A stretch of DNA of 64,000 nucleotides, taken from contig QKEV01000017.1 in assembly GCA_003252295.1 (NCBI GenBank), positions 100,488 through 164,487 on the forward strand, read 5' to 3'. Both the position numbers and the translations under genes were made by a program. Positions 18,779-28,256 of the stretch are shown in pieces; the stretch's first letter is position 1, and every line of letters starts with the position of its first letter. Under the pieces are notes generated by a model, which had not been told where the DNA came from, searched no databases, and saw only the letters and a list, made by a program, of their open reading frames with translations. The DNA comes from a bacterium (GTDB taxonomy: Bacteria; Patescibacteriota; Minisyncoccia; Phycocordibacterales; UBA12088).

Positions 18779-19918
18779 ATGGAAAAAGAACTCGATCTTG
18801 AAACGTACATTGCACAGCAATGGAAAGCTCTTCCAAACCTCACCCAACAGGTCATCAAAGAGGGTACCTATCGTGAGGTTACACAGCAGGCCCTCAATAA
18901 AGCAGGCGCGGATAATACTGAGGAATACCTTGAGCAACTCTCTTTTGAGGCACTCATTGTGATACTCAACCTACAAACAGTGGATGATTTCAGAGAAAAC
19001 GTAAAACTTATTTCATCACTCACTGACACGCAAGTAGAAACCATTGTGCGTGAACTGAATGCTCAACTATTTTCTACACTCAACTCTGTGAATGAATCAT
19101 TTGAGGGTACGATACTTGAGCATATCTTCTTTGTGAAAAAGATTAATGACCTGTTTCTCAAACTACCTGCGGAAACGCAAGAGATAATACAGAAGCTCTC
19201 ATTTGACTGCATTGGCACCCTTGCACATAGACATCTGTTTAACAAAAAACAGATCAATGCGCTTCGCACCATGATCGCTGAGGTGATGGTTGGACTTATT
19301 AATACCACCGATTTTGTAAAACATGCACAAAATGACCTTGCTTTGTCCTACACCGATGCTGTTGCTGCTGCAAACGAGGTTGAAAAGGAGGTTTTTACAC
19401 CAGTACGTGAAAGCTTACTCAATGCGCTCACTCCAAAAAATGTAAAAGAGAAGGTGGTGAGTAAGCAGGAACAAAGTTATTCAGATGAGTGGAAAAAGAA
19501 AGTGGTAGAGGAACTCTACAAAGAAAAAGATGTGGTTGCAACAGAAAAGAAACTTCGCGATTACCTTATTGGCCTACATGATGACACCGATGATGGGGGT
19601 GAATGTATCAACAAAGAAGTAGATGCCTACATTAAGAAAAGGTGGCAAACACTACCTCCACTAGCTAAACGTGTACTTATTGAGAACACTTATAAAGAGA
19701 TCCTTCAGTTTGCACTCAATAAAGCTGACGCTGAGGATACCGAACCATACCTGCATGACTTACAGCTCGATATACTACTTGTGGTACTCGGTCTACTCCC
19801 AAAGAAGAGTTTCATTGAAAAAATGGATAGCAATACAGCTATAAAAAATAAAAAAGCTTTCACCAATGAACTCGATGCTCAAATTTTCTCTTCTATCATA
19901 CAGGATGAGACCGAGTAA
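18779..19918 (+). CDS. Hypothetical cytoplasmic protein with an internal ~70-aa duplication
   Basis: ETYIAQQWKALPNLTQQVIKEGTYREVTQQALNKAGADNTEEYLEQLSFEALIVILNL recurs as DAYIKKRWQTLPPLAKRVLIENTYKEILQFALNKADAEDTEPYLHDLQLDILLVVLGL. Confidence 0.45.
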   Translation: MEKELDLETYIAQQWKALPNLTQQVIKEGTYREVTQQALNKAGADNTEEYLEQLSFEALIVILNLQTVDDFRENVKLISSLTDTQVETIVRELNAQLFSTLNSVNESFEGTILEHIFFVKKINDLFLKLPAETQEIIQKLSFDCIGTLAHRHLFNKKQINALRTMIAEVMVGLINTTDFVKHAQNDLALSYTDAVAAANEVEKEVFTPVRESLLNALTPKNVKEKVVSKQEQSYSDEWKKKVVEELYKEKDVVATEKKLRDYLIGLHDDTDDGGECINKEVDAYIKKRWQTLPPLAKRVLIENTYKEILQFALNKADAEDTEPYLHDLQLDILLVVLGLLPKKSFIEKMDSNTAIKNKKAFTNELDAQIFSSIIQDETE

Positions 19919-20004
19919 CACTTTGTATTGTATAAAAAACTCAGTACTGCAGGGCAGTCTGTAGTAAACTATACCTACGGCAGGGTAGAGTACCCAATTA
20001 AAGT

Positions 20005-20439
20005 ATGCGGTTTGCTGTTCCACAATTCATAGATGTTGAGGATAAGATTTTTGGACCTCTTACCTTGAAGCAGGCTATTTATCTTGCAGGAAGTATTGGT
20101 TTTACTGTAGCTGTATATCTTCGTTTTAACCTTTTTATTGCTGCTGTACTTGGCACACCTGTTCTACTGCTCGCCTTCCTTCTTGCTTTTATAAAAGTAC
20201 ATGGCAGACCATTTGTAAACGTACTCACCTCAGCAGTATTCTATGCGGCAAAAACAAAACTCTACTTGTGGAAACAAACACCAAAAAAGAAAGTTATTGT
20301 AAAAAGTGAACCAGTACAAGAAAAAACAACAACAGGACAACCTGCTACTTCAGGACTCACGCAATCTAACTTGAAAAAACTTGCATGGACGCTTGATACA
20401 GGTAACCCATTTGATAAACATAAAAAAACAAAACATTAG
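20005..20439 (+). CDS. Small two-TM membrane protein, PrgI/VirB3-like
   Basis: 144 aa. Two hydrophobic helices (AIYLAGSIGFTVAVYL; IAAVLGTPVLLLAFLLAFI). It sits immediately upstream of the VirB4 region, as VirB3/PrgI does in T4SS operons. Confidence 0.4.
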   Translation: MRFAVPQFIDVEDKIFGPLTLKQAIYLAGSIGFTVAVYLRFNLFIAAVLGTPVLLLAFLLAFIKVHGRPFVNVLTSAVFYAAKTKLYLWKQTPKKKVIVKSEPVQEKTTTGQPATSGLTQSNLKKLAWTLDTGNPFDKHKKTKH

Positions 20440-20446
20440 GAACTAT

Positions 20447-21109
20447 ATGCCTCAAGGAACAAACAAAGGAAAACCAAGTCAAGATTTTGTACCTATCGAA
20501 CAGGTGCGTGATGGTATTTTAGTACTGAAAGATGGTTCTATTCGTGCTGTTCTCATGGCCTCATCAATAAATATTGTTTTAAAAAGTGCAGATGAACAAG
20601 CAGCTATTCTTGGGCAATTTGAAAGTTTTTTAAATTCTCTTGATTTCTCGTTACAGATATTTATCCAATCACGTGAACTTGATATACGACCATACCTTAC
20701 TCTGCTTGAAAATCAGTTAGCTATACAGCAATCAGAACTTATGAAGATACAGGTACGAGAATATATTGAGTTTATCAAAAACTTCATAGAAGGTTCCAGT
20801 ATTATGACAAAGGGTTTCTATGTAGTGATTCCTTATTCAGCTCCTTCACTTGAAGTAAAAGCAACAACTGGTGGTATTTCGGCACTCTTCACCTCAAAAG
20901 AGGCGACAAACGAGCTTTCTCTTGAACTCTTTGAAGAGTACCGCTCACAGGTTGAGCAGAGAATCTCTGTGGTTACTCACGGACTTGCAAGGACTGGTGT
21001 ACATGTTGCCCAGCTTGGCACTGAAGAGGTGATAGAATTATTTTATAGAATGTTTAATATTGGTGAACTTGATAAACCAATGTCACTCACTAATATAACA
21101 ACTAGCTAA
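20447..21109 (+). CDS. Hypothetical protein; resembles a VirB4 N-terminal domain (possible split or paralogous VirB4 N-domain)
   Basis: PIEQVRDGILVLKDGSIRAVLMASSINIVLKSADEQAAILGQFESFLNSL matches the pattern of VirB4/TraC N-termini. The start was chosen at the internal Met with AGGA 9 nt upstream. The ORF track starts at 20381. Confidence 0.4.
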   Translation: MPQGTNKGKPSQDFVPIEQVRDGILVLKDGSIRAVLMASSINIVLKSADEQAAILGQFESFLNSLDFSLQIFIQSRELDIRPYLTLLENQLAIQQSELMKIQVREYIEFIKNFIEGSSIMTKGFYVVIPYSAPSLEVKATTGGISALFTSKEATNELSLELFEEYRSQVEQRISVVTHGLARTGVHVAQLGTEEVIELFYRMFNIGELDKPMSLTNITTS

Positions 21110-21115
21110 TGTAGT

Positions 21116-22942
21116 ATGGGATTGTTTTCATTTCACAAAAAAGACGAACTAGGTGAGGATTTCGATACTGGATCTGTTGTTCCTGAAGACCTATACGATA
21201 TCAGCAACCTTGAACTTAAAGATGTTCTTGCTCCATCAGCATTGCAGATCACTCCTCGTGAACTCAATCTTGGTGAACAGGTTGCACGAATGTTCTTTAT
21301 CATCTCGTTTCCACGGTACCTCACAGAAAACTGGTTTTCTCCTATCATCAATCTTGAAAAGGTTTTTGATGTTTCTATCTTCATACACCCTATTGATACT
21401 GCTCCAGTACTTAAGAAATTCCAAAAAAAGGTTGCTGAAGTGCAAAGCCAGATACATGAACGAGAGTCAAAAGGTATGGTACGTGACCCGAAACTTGATG
21501 CTGCTTACGAGAACCTTGAAGAACTGCGTGACTCATTACAGCAGGCAGAACAGAGACTTTTTGATGTTGGTGTATACATATCAGTATATGCAAAAACAAA
21601 AGAAGAGCTCGATAAAGCAGAAGATCATGTAAAAAGCATGCTCGAGTCACAACTCATTTACCTCAAACCTGCACTCTTTCAACAAGACCAAGGATATCGA
21701 AGTATCCTTCCTCTCTGTACCGACGAACTCTTTGTTCACAGCAAACTAAACAGTTCTCCACTCTCTTCGATCTTTCCTTTTATATCATTCGACCTCACTG
21801 CAGAAAACGGTATATTGTACGGTATAAACATGCACAACAGCTCGCTTGTGCTCTTCGACCGATACTCAATGGAAAACTACAACTCGGTACTCTTTGCAAA
21901 ATCTGGTTCTGGTAAAAGTTACTGTACAAAACTGGAGATACTCCGTTCACTCATGTTTGATACTGAGGTTATTGTTATTGATCCTGAACGTGAGTACGAG
22001 TATATGGCAAGTGCCACAGGTGGTCGGTACTTCAATATTTCACTTTCTTCAGAGCATCACATTAATCCTTTTGATCTTCCTCCAGTTCATGAAGACGAAA
22101 GTCCTGCAGATATACTACGTCAGAACATTATTACTTTGGTAGGACTCTTCCGAATCATCCTTGGAGGACTCACACCGGAAGAGGATTCACTTATTGATAG
22201 GGCTATTACTGAAACCTATGCGCTCAAAGACATAACCGGTCATAGTGATTTTACCAACCACACACCACCACTCCTTTCTGACTTTGAACTCGTACTGAGT
22301 GGTATGGAAGGAAGTGAGTCACTACTCTTACGTCTTGCCAAGTACACACGTGGTACATGGGCAGGGTTCATCAACAAACCAACAAACGTTGATATTAACA
22401 AAAAGTTTGTTGTGTTTTCAGTGCGAGACATGGAAGAAGACCTCAAACCTGCTGCTATGTATATAGTCACCAACTACATATGGACTGCTGTACGTCGTGA
22501 ACTCAAAAAACGACTTTTGGTGGTAGATGAGGCGTGGTTCATGATGAAAACAGATGATACAGCGGGCTTTCTCTATAGTGTTGCAAAACGTGGACGTAAG
22601 TACTTCCTTGGTCTCGCAACCATCACCCAAGACGTTGATGACTTCCTCAAATCACCGTATGGAGTACCTATTCTACAAAACTCATCTATACAGATACTCC
22701 TAAAACAATCACCAACTGCAATGGATAGGGTACAGGAAACATTCCATCTCACTGATGAGGAGAAGTATCTCCTCCTTGAGTCACAAGTAGGGGAAGGTAT
22801 CTTCTTTGCAGGTAGTAAACATGTTGCAATCAAAGTAATCGCATCATATACAGAAGACCAGATTATTACCTCTGACCCATCACAACTTTTAGCCATCAAA
22901 AAAGAACAAGAGAACTTGGGGGGTGGTAGTGCTACAATGTAA
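21116..22942 (+). CDS. VirB4/TrbE/PrgJ-family type IV secretion ATPase
   Basis: Walker A (LFAKSGSGKSYCTKLEI), Walker B (LLVVDEAWFMM), and a conserved C-terminal region (GRKYFLGLATITQDVDDF). 608 aa. Confidence 0.8.
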   Translation: MGLFSFHKKDELGEDFDTGSVVPEDLYDISNLELKDVLAPSALQITPRELNLGEQVARMFFIISFPRYLTENWFSPIINLEKVFDVSIFIHPIDTAPVLKKFQKKVAEVQSQIHERESKGMVRDPKLDAAYENLEELRDSLQQAEQRLFDVGVYISVYAKTKEELDKAEDHVKSMLESQLIYLKPALFQQDQGYRSILPLCTDELFVHSKLNSSPLSSIFPFISFDLTAENGILYGINMHNSSLVLFDRYSMENYNSVLFAKSGSGKSYCTKLEILRSLMFDTEVIVIDPEREYEYMASATGGRYFNISLSSEHHINPFDLPPVHEDESPADILRQNIITLVGLFRIILGGLTPEEDSLIDRAITETYALKDITGHSDFTNHTPPLLSDFELVLSGMEGSESLLLRLAKYTRGTWAGFINKPTNVDINKKFVVFSVRDMEEDLKPAAMYIVTNYIWTAVRRELKKRLLVVDEAWFMMKTDDTAGFLYSVAKRGRKYFLGLATITQDVDDFLKSPYGVPILQNSSIQILLKQSPTAMDRVQETFHLTDEEKYLLLESQVGEGIFFAGSKHVAIKVIASYTEDQIITSDPSQLLAIKKEQENLGGGSATM

Positions 22943-22944
22943 CC

Positions 22945-23565
22945 ATGCCAAGAGAGCAAGGAAAAAAGTATAGGGTATCAAAAAAAGAAGGGCGTTTGAT
23001 GATTTTTGTTGGTGTACTGTTTGACCTTACACCTATACTCCTTGTGGTTTTAGCTGTTGTTGTGATTGTTATGCTTGGAGGTGACATAATTGGCGGCGCT
23101 CAACATTTACAGCAAGCCCAGGATACGAGCGGTTTTTGGAAAAGCACTTGGAATCCTTTCAGTGGTTTTTACAGAGCGTACCACAATATAGTTGGTGACG
23201 CTAAAATCGTTGGTGGTGTTGTTGGCGGTGGACTTGTTGGTATATTTTTGGGTCCTGTTATCTACACACTTGGTTCTTGGGTTAGCACTTTCTTTGCATA
23301 TATATTTTTTACCATTTGGTTTTTATTCCGAGGCGTCTTTATTTGGTCGTTCACTTCGCCAAGTAGATTGGCAATAACGACAACCACTTTAGTTATTGAG
23401 AACATTCCTGTTGTTGACCTGTTACCAGGAACCACATTCATGGTTTGGCGCCATATCAAGAAATCAAGGACAGAAGATGACAAAAAACACAATGAAAATA
23501 TTGCTAGTTTGAATGCCGTAGCAGGCAGAAGTATCCCTCGTTACATGAAGGCACAAACCGTATAG
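22945..23565 (+). CDS. Polytopic membrane protein (hypothetical), translationally coupled to VirB4
   Basis: At least 4 hydrophobic helices. The start is 3 nt after the VirB4 stop. Confidence 0.4.
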   Translation: MPREQGKKYRVSKKEGRLMIFVGVLFDLTPILLVVLAVVVIVMLGGDIIGGAQHLQQAQDTSGFWKSTWNPFSGFYRAYHNIVGDAKIVGGVVGGGLVGIFLGPVIYTLGSWVSTFFAYIFFTIWFLFRGVFIWSFTSPSRLAITTTTLVIENIPVVDLLPGTTFMVWRHIKKSRTEDDKKHNENIASLNAVAGRSIPRYMKAQTV

Positions 23566-23617
23566 GTTATCCTCAACTCAGAAAAACAGAGCTAACCATA
23601 TACGGTATACTTACAGT

Positions 23618-24679
23618 ATGTATATGACATTATCTAAAAAAACATTTGTTTCCGCTCTTGTTTTTTTTACATCAATGCTTGTTGTTTTTTTTGTGTTTCA
23701 ACAAACATCATTCGCGCAAAGCGTTGAGAAAGGTTCTCTTGTTTTTTCTCCTGAGTATCCAAGTCCTGGTGAAAATGTAACAGTAAAACTTGATGCATAT
23801 AGTGTAGATTTTGATACAGCACTGGTAACATGGAAAGTAAATGGTGAAGTTGTTCAGCAGTCTTATTCAGAAAAAACATATATTTTTAAAGCAGGTCCTG
23901 CTGGTACAAAATACACAGTAAGTGTATCTGTTAAAGATGGGGAAGGGAGAACGGTATTTAAGGAAGCCAGTGTTGTGGTCAGTGATATTAACATTGTCTG
24001 GGAGGGAAGGACATACACACCACCGTTCTACAAAGGACGTGCGTTATACTCACCAGGTGCAGAAATTGCTATACAAGTACTACCCACAATAACTAAAAGT
24101 AATGGAACCCTCTACGCCACTGACGAGCTTTCATATGCATGGTTTGTAAATGACTCAAACGTTGCTTCAGAGAGAGGAAAAGGTAAACATTCTGTGGTTC
24201 TTTTAGGCACTAATCCACAACAACCTCTCAAGATATACCTAGAGATCAAAGACCCAGCAGGGAAGGTACGTGCATCAAGAAAATTTGTCATCCCTACTTC
24301 ACAACCTACACTCATGCTCTATGAAAGCAGTCCTTATGTTGGTGTTCGTTATGATGTTGCCATTGGAACAATATTAAGTGTATACAATACAGGCGACGAA
24401 GCCTCAAATATGTCTATTGTTGCAGAACCGTATTTTATGAGTGCAGGAAGGAGAGACGATGCAACACTTGAGTATGATTGGCGTATTGGAGACTCGAAGA
24501 AGGATTCTGCAGGAACACTTACTCTTGGGTCTGAAGGGTCAGGAACTGGTTCTACAAACCTCAGTGTAACTATTGATAGTAGAGACTACTGGTTGCAAAG
24601 TGTACGTAAAGATATAACTGTTCAATATGGAAGTATAAGTAATTGGGCACTCCAAAGTAGTAACACAGAAGCATTATGA
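23618..24679 (+). CDS. Secreted hypothetical protein
   Basis: Signal peptide (FVSALVFFTSMLVVFFVFQQTSFAQS). 353 aa. Confidence 0.45.
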   Translation: MYMTLSKKTFVSALVFFTSMLVVFFVFQQTSFAQSVEKGSLVFSPEYPSPGENVTVKLDAYSVDFDTALVTWKVNGEVVQQSYSEKTYIFKAGPAGTKYTVSVSVKDGEGRTVFKEASVVVSDINIVWEGRTYTPPFYKGRALYSPGAEIAIQVLPTITKSNGTLYATDELSYAWFVNDSNVASERGKGKHSVVLLGTNPQQPLKIYLEIKDPAGKVRASRKFVIPTSQPTLMLYESSPYVGVRYDVAIGTILSVYNTGDEASNMSIVAEPYFMSAGRRDDATLEYDWRIGDSKKDSAGTLTLGSEGSGTGSTNLSVTIDSRDYWLQSVRKDITVQYGSISNWALQSSNTEAL

Positions 24680-25056
24680 TTCAACAAATAGTAAAAAAGG
24701 GTGGTTTGATTGGTATGACACTACTCACACCATTAGTAAGTTTTGCTAATGGTAGTGGTAATGACTATCACACACTCACAGAAGGTGGTATACCGCTTGT
24801 TGATACAGCAACCATGGATATGAGTGGTCTTTTAAATGCACTGTTTGCTATTTCTGTCGTTGTTGCTGCAATTCTTGCAGTTATTATGCTGGCGATAGGT
24901 GGTTTTCGTTACATGACAAGTGAATCTGTATTCAATATGGGTAATGCGCGCGAACAAATCTCGAACGCTATCATTGGCTTACTCATTGTCCTCGTTTCTG
25001 TCCTTATTCTCTACACTATTAATCCTGATATAGTTCAACTCAAATTGTTTAATTAG
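24676..25056 (+). CDS. Small pilin-like membrane protein (VirB2/TrbC-like T4SS pilin candidate)
   Basis: 126 aa. Signal-like N-terminus, two hydrophobic helices (LLNALFAISVVVAAILAVIMLAIGG; AIIGLLIVLVSVLILYTI) separated by a short polar loop. ATGA overlap with the upstream gene. Confidence 0.35.
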   Translation: MIQQIVKKGGLIGMTLLTPLVSFANGSGNDYHTLTEGGIPLVDTATMDMSGLLNALFAISVVVAAILAVIMLAIGGFRYMTSESVFNMGNAREQISNAIIGLLIVLVSVLILYTINPDIVQLKLFN

Positions 25057-26337
25057 TTGCGTATGTTTGATTTTCTAAAAGGTAATAAAACAGTAACAGG
25101 GGCACTCATACTTGGTCTAATTTTTGTTGCTATTATTTTTCTCATAATGCTTACTGCAGGGGGAGACACTACAAACACAGTAATCAATGAAGATGATCCT
25201 ATTTTTGCTAACACAGATGAAGAACGTACTTTTGATCCTGGGGTACAAAACATCTTTGGCCCGGTTGACCCAGAAAAGTGGGTTGAACAGGAAGGTTCAC
25301 AAGAAGCAGCTCCTTTTCTTCGTGCTATTACTGAAGATCCTGTTGTAAGTGCTGTTGCTTTTACAAAAACAAATGGTGTATCGAATCTGCCATATGTTCG
25401 TTTTACTACACTCAATGATGGAAACATACACGAGACACCACTTCAGGTTGTTGGTACCATTGAGAAGATCTCCGATCTTAAAACACTTCGTGTTGGTGAT
25501 GTTGTATGGAGTAGAAATGGAAACTTTTCTCTCACTCGTTACCTAGATAATACAAATACAGAAATTGCTACACAGCTTTTTGATTTACGTAAAGGAACCT
25601 CTACTGAAGATGTGAGTAGAGCTATTAGTGATACTATTATCTCTACCACTTTTTCACCAGACGAAAAAGAATTCTTTTCACTAGTGAAAACGAGTGAAGG
25701 TGTTACAGGTTACCTTGAGTCAGTAGAGAAGGGGACAAGAACTGCTGTATGGTCATCCATTTTTAAGAACGTAACAGTATTATGGGATGCAGAGAATAAG
25801 ATTGTTATATACACCAACCCGTCTTCAGTAACTGAAGGTGTTATATGGGTACTCAACCCATATACAAAGAAGGAAACTGTTGTGCTTACTGGGAAGCGCG
25901 CACTTGCTGCAAAAATGTCCCCAGATGGAAAGAAATTACTCTACTCTATGCAAGAGGAACAAACTGACGCTTTCTCACTTCGCACATTTGATATGGAAAC
26001 TGGTGAAGTATTCACACTACCGCTTATTGGTTTTGTAGATAAGTGTACTTGGGCACAAAGTGATTCTAATAATATTTACTGTGCTATACCAAAAGAAGAG
26101 ATTGAGGGTGAGTTCATGGAAAAATGGTACATGGGTGCTGAATACACAAATGACACCCTTTGGCGAATAGATGCAGAAAGCGGTACAACAAAAGAACTAC
26201 TCGATCCAGAAGAAGAAACGGGAGAAACATTTGATATTACAAATCTTTCTGTAGACCCTGGAGAAAACTATCTTGTATTCACCTCAAGAGTGAATCGTGC
26301 CTTGTGGTCATTCAAACTTTCAGGAACAGCTCAGTAA
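25057..26337 (+). CDS. Membrane-anchored beta-propeller protein with PD40/TolB-like repeats
   Basis: N-terminal TM (GALILGLIFVAIIFLIMLTAGG). An SPDGKKLLYS-type PD40 repeat and WD-like blades. Confidence 0.5.
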   Translation: MRMFDFLKGNKTVTGALILGLIFVAIIFLIMLTAGGDTTNTVINEDDPIFANTDEERTFDPGVQNIFGPVDPEKWVEQEGSQEAAPFLRAITEDPVVSAVAFTKTNGVSNLPYVRFTTLNDGNIHETPLQVVGTIEKISDLKTLRVGDVVWSRNGNFSLTRYLDNTNTEIATQLFDLRKGTSTEDVSRAISDTIISTTFSPDEKEFFSLVKTSEGVTGYLESVEKGTRTAVWSSIFKNVTVLWDAENKIVIYTNPSSVTEGVIWVLNPYTKKETVVLTGKRALAAKMSPDGKKLLYSMQEEQTDAFSLRTFDMETGEVFTLPLIGFVDKCTWAQSDSNNIYCAIPKEEIEGEFMEKWYMGAEYTNDTLWRIDAESGTTKELLDPEEETGETFDITNLSVDPGENYLVFTSRVNRALWSFKLSGTAQ

Positions 26338-26351
26338 AGTGCATCTACACA

Positions 26352-26386
26352 AACAACCACCTGTATACAGGTGGTTGTTGTTTTAT
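26352..26386. terminator. Bidirectional Rho-independent terminator
   Basis: aacaaccacctg-tata-caggtggttgtt is a perfect 12-bp stem followed by gttttatttt. It lies between convergent genes. Confidence 0.55.
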
Positions 26387-26404
26387 TTTGTGAAGTATTA
26401 GTAT

Positions 26405-26857
26405 CTACTGCGCGTATCGTAGAACTATGTGACGTGCTTTTCCAACACCTTCTGATTCAGTTGCTATTTCTGAATCCTCACTAAACAGTGAATGCACTAT
26501 CATTCTTTCATATGCCGACATGGGTGTCATAGCAGCACTTGATTTAAAGGTTCGCACCCTATCAGCAAGGAGTTTTGCTTTTTGTTCAATACTCTGAATA
26601 TGTTTATGTTGGTACCCATTTACATCTATCATGAATTTACTGTCTTTTTCTCCAGTCTTTTTCTCTACACTTCTTCGAATAAGGTAGTTGAGTGATCGCA
26701 AATGGTCTCCATGCGGCCCTATGAGCTGCTTACTGTCAGCAGTACGTATATTGAACATAGTGTGTGCACCAGTTGTAACAATCTCAACAGCATCAATAGA
26801 GATACCTAGTGTCTGTACAAATTCTTGTATGTATTCTTGTAGTGATGTGTCATCCAT
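26405..26857 (-). CDS. jag: Jag/KhpB-family RNA-binding protein (KH + R3H domains)
   Basis: R3H motif (SAYERMIVHSLF) and the conserved oriC-region position downstream of yidC. Confidence 0.8.
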   Translation of the reverse strand: MDDTSLQEYIQEFVQTLGISIDAVEIVTTGAHTMFNIRTADSKQLIGPHGDHLRSLNYLIRRSVEKKTGEKDSKFMIDVNGYQHKHIQSIEQKAKLLADRVRTFKSSAAMTPMSAYERMIVHSLFSEDSEIATESEGVGKARHIVLRYAQ

Positions 26858-26861
26858 AGTT

Positions 26862-27611
26862 CTATTCTTCTGTTACAGGTTTGGTAGCTTTGTTTTCAGC
26901 CTCGAGTGTACGCTTTACATACAACTCCTGACCAATAGCAAAGATATTACTCGTAATCCAGTAAAGTGCAACCGCCGCGCTCGCAACGTACGCTACAAAC
27001 ATGATAACAAACGGTAATACATACTTAACTTGTGTTTGCATGGAACGAGCAAAATCATCCTGAAACGTTGCATTTTCCTCCCGTGGTTGTAGTGGTGGCA
27101 TAGCAAACCGTGCCTGAAAGTGCTGTGTTACCCCGGCAAAGAATGCAAGTAGTTTGCTTTTTCCAGCCATATCAATAAGTCCCAGGAACATCATCGAAAC
27201 ACTTCCTGGTTCTGGAACAAACGAGTAGAGTAAGTCAGTTTGAATTTCTGGAAGTCCACCCTTTGAGAATACGTAAAACAAACCAAGAATGACCGGTATC
27301 TGAATAAAGAGTGTAACAAAACTTGAAAATGGATTAATGTTCTTTTCACGATACAATTCAAGCATCTTTTTACCTTGCTCCTCTCTATCATCCTTATACT
27401 TCTCACGTATCTCTTTCATAGGACCCTCTATCTCCTTCATGAGACGCTGAGTTCGTGCCGCTTTAAGTGAAAGAGGGGAAAGAGCGGTTTTTACCACCAC
27501 AGTTAAAATAACCACTGCTATACCCACATCAACCCAACTCCCAAACTCTAATAAACCAATGAGACCATTGTAGAGTGGTGTCACTATTATTGTGTGAAAA
27601 ATTGCAGACAT
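26862..27611 (-). CDS. yidC: Membrane protein insertase YidC/Oxa1 (short form)
   Basis: YidC core helices (VGIAVVILTVVVKTALSPLSLKAARTQ; NPFSSFVTLFIQIPVILGLFYVF). The synteny is rpmH-rnpA-yidC-jag. Confidence 0.85.
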   Translation of the reverse strand: MSAIFHTIIVTPLYNGLIGLLEFGSWVDVGIAVVILTVVVKTALSPLSLKAARTQRLMKEIEGPMKEIREKYKDDREEQGKKMLELYREKNINPFSSFVTLFIQIPVILGLFYVFSKGGLPEIQTDLLYSFVPEPGSVSMMFLGLIDMAGKSKLLAFFAGVTQHFQARFAMPPLQPREENATFQDDFARSMQTQVKYVLPFVIMFVAYVASAAVALYWITSNIFAIGQELYVKRTLEAENKATKPVTEE

Positions 27612-27637
27612 TATGTTCGTTATTTTACCTTACAAAA

Positions 27638-27967
27638 TTACCTTTTGCTATGTATTTTACGTAAGAGAACTTCTAGTTCTTCTTGTAAATCCTGGTATGA
27701 CAAACTAGTACATGTAGGTTTTGTAAATACTGCAATATGTATATTTTCTATAAGTGTAAGATTCTTACCAAGGATTGAAAATATCCTTCTGCGAAACTTA
27801 TTCCTCAAAACAGCTTTGTTTGCTATTTTCTTGCTGACCACAACACCTAGTTTAGTTTCCTTGGCAGGCAGATATGTCAGTGATAGTGAAGTACTATGAA
27901 TACGTTTACCCTGTTGTAATAGGGAAGTGAAGTCTCTTCTGCTAAGTTTTTGTTTTTTCTTTACCAT
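27638..27967 (-). CDS. rnpA: RNase P protein component
   Basis: RRDFTSL...KLGVVVSKKIANKAVLRNKFRRR basic RnpA signature. Located directly downstream of rpmH. Confidence 0.85.
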   Translation of the reverse strand: MVKKKQKLSRRDFTSLLQQGKRIHSTSLSLTYLPAKETKLGVVVSKKIANKAVLRNKFRRRIFSILGKNLTLIENIHIAVFTKPTCTSLSYQDLQEELEVLLRKIHSKR

Positions 27968-28021
27968 ACGTATTTCACTAGTATATACAAAAAAACGCGC
28001 TCTGCGCGATTTTTTGTTGTT

Positions 28022-28159
28022 TTACACTGCTAGTTTCTTTCGTCCCTTAGCTCGCCTACGCTTCACTACTCGTTTTCCTCCTGGTGTGCGCATACGTACG
28101 AGAAAACCATGTGTTGTCTTCCTCTTTTTCTTTTTTGGTTGGTATGTTCGTTTTGGCAT
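28022..28159 (-). CDS. rpmH: 50S ribosomal protein L34
   Basis: Manual translation of the minus strand gives [45 protein letters not shown] (45 aa), a classic L34. It is not in the ORF track because it is shorter than 60 aa. Confidence 0.85.
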   Translation of the reverse strand: MPKRTYQPKKKKRKTTHGFLVRMRTPGGKRVVKRRRAKGRKKLAV

Positions 28160-28256
28160 AATCTCTACTGTTTATGTGCGGGTCACTATACCACATGAGC
28201 TACAAAAAGCAAAACTGCCGTCTCACATAGAGACGGCAGTCAAAAGAACACTGTTT

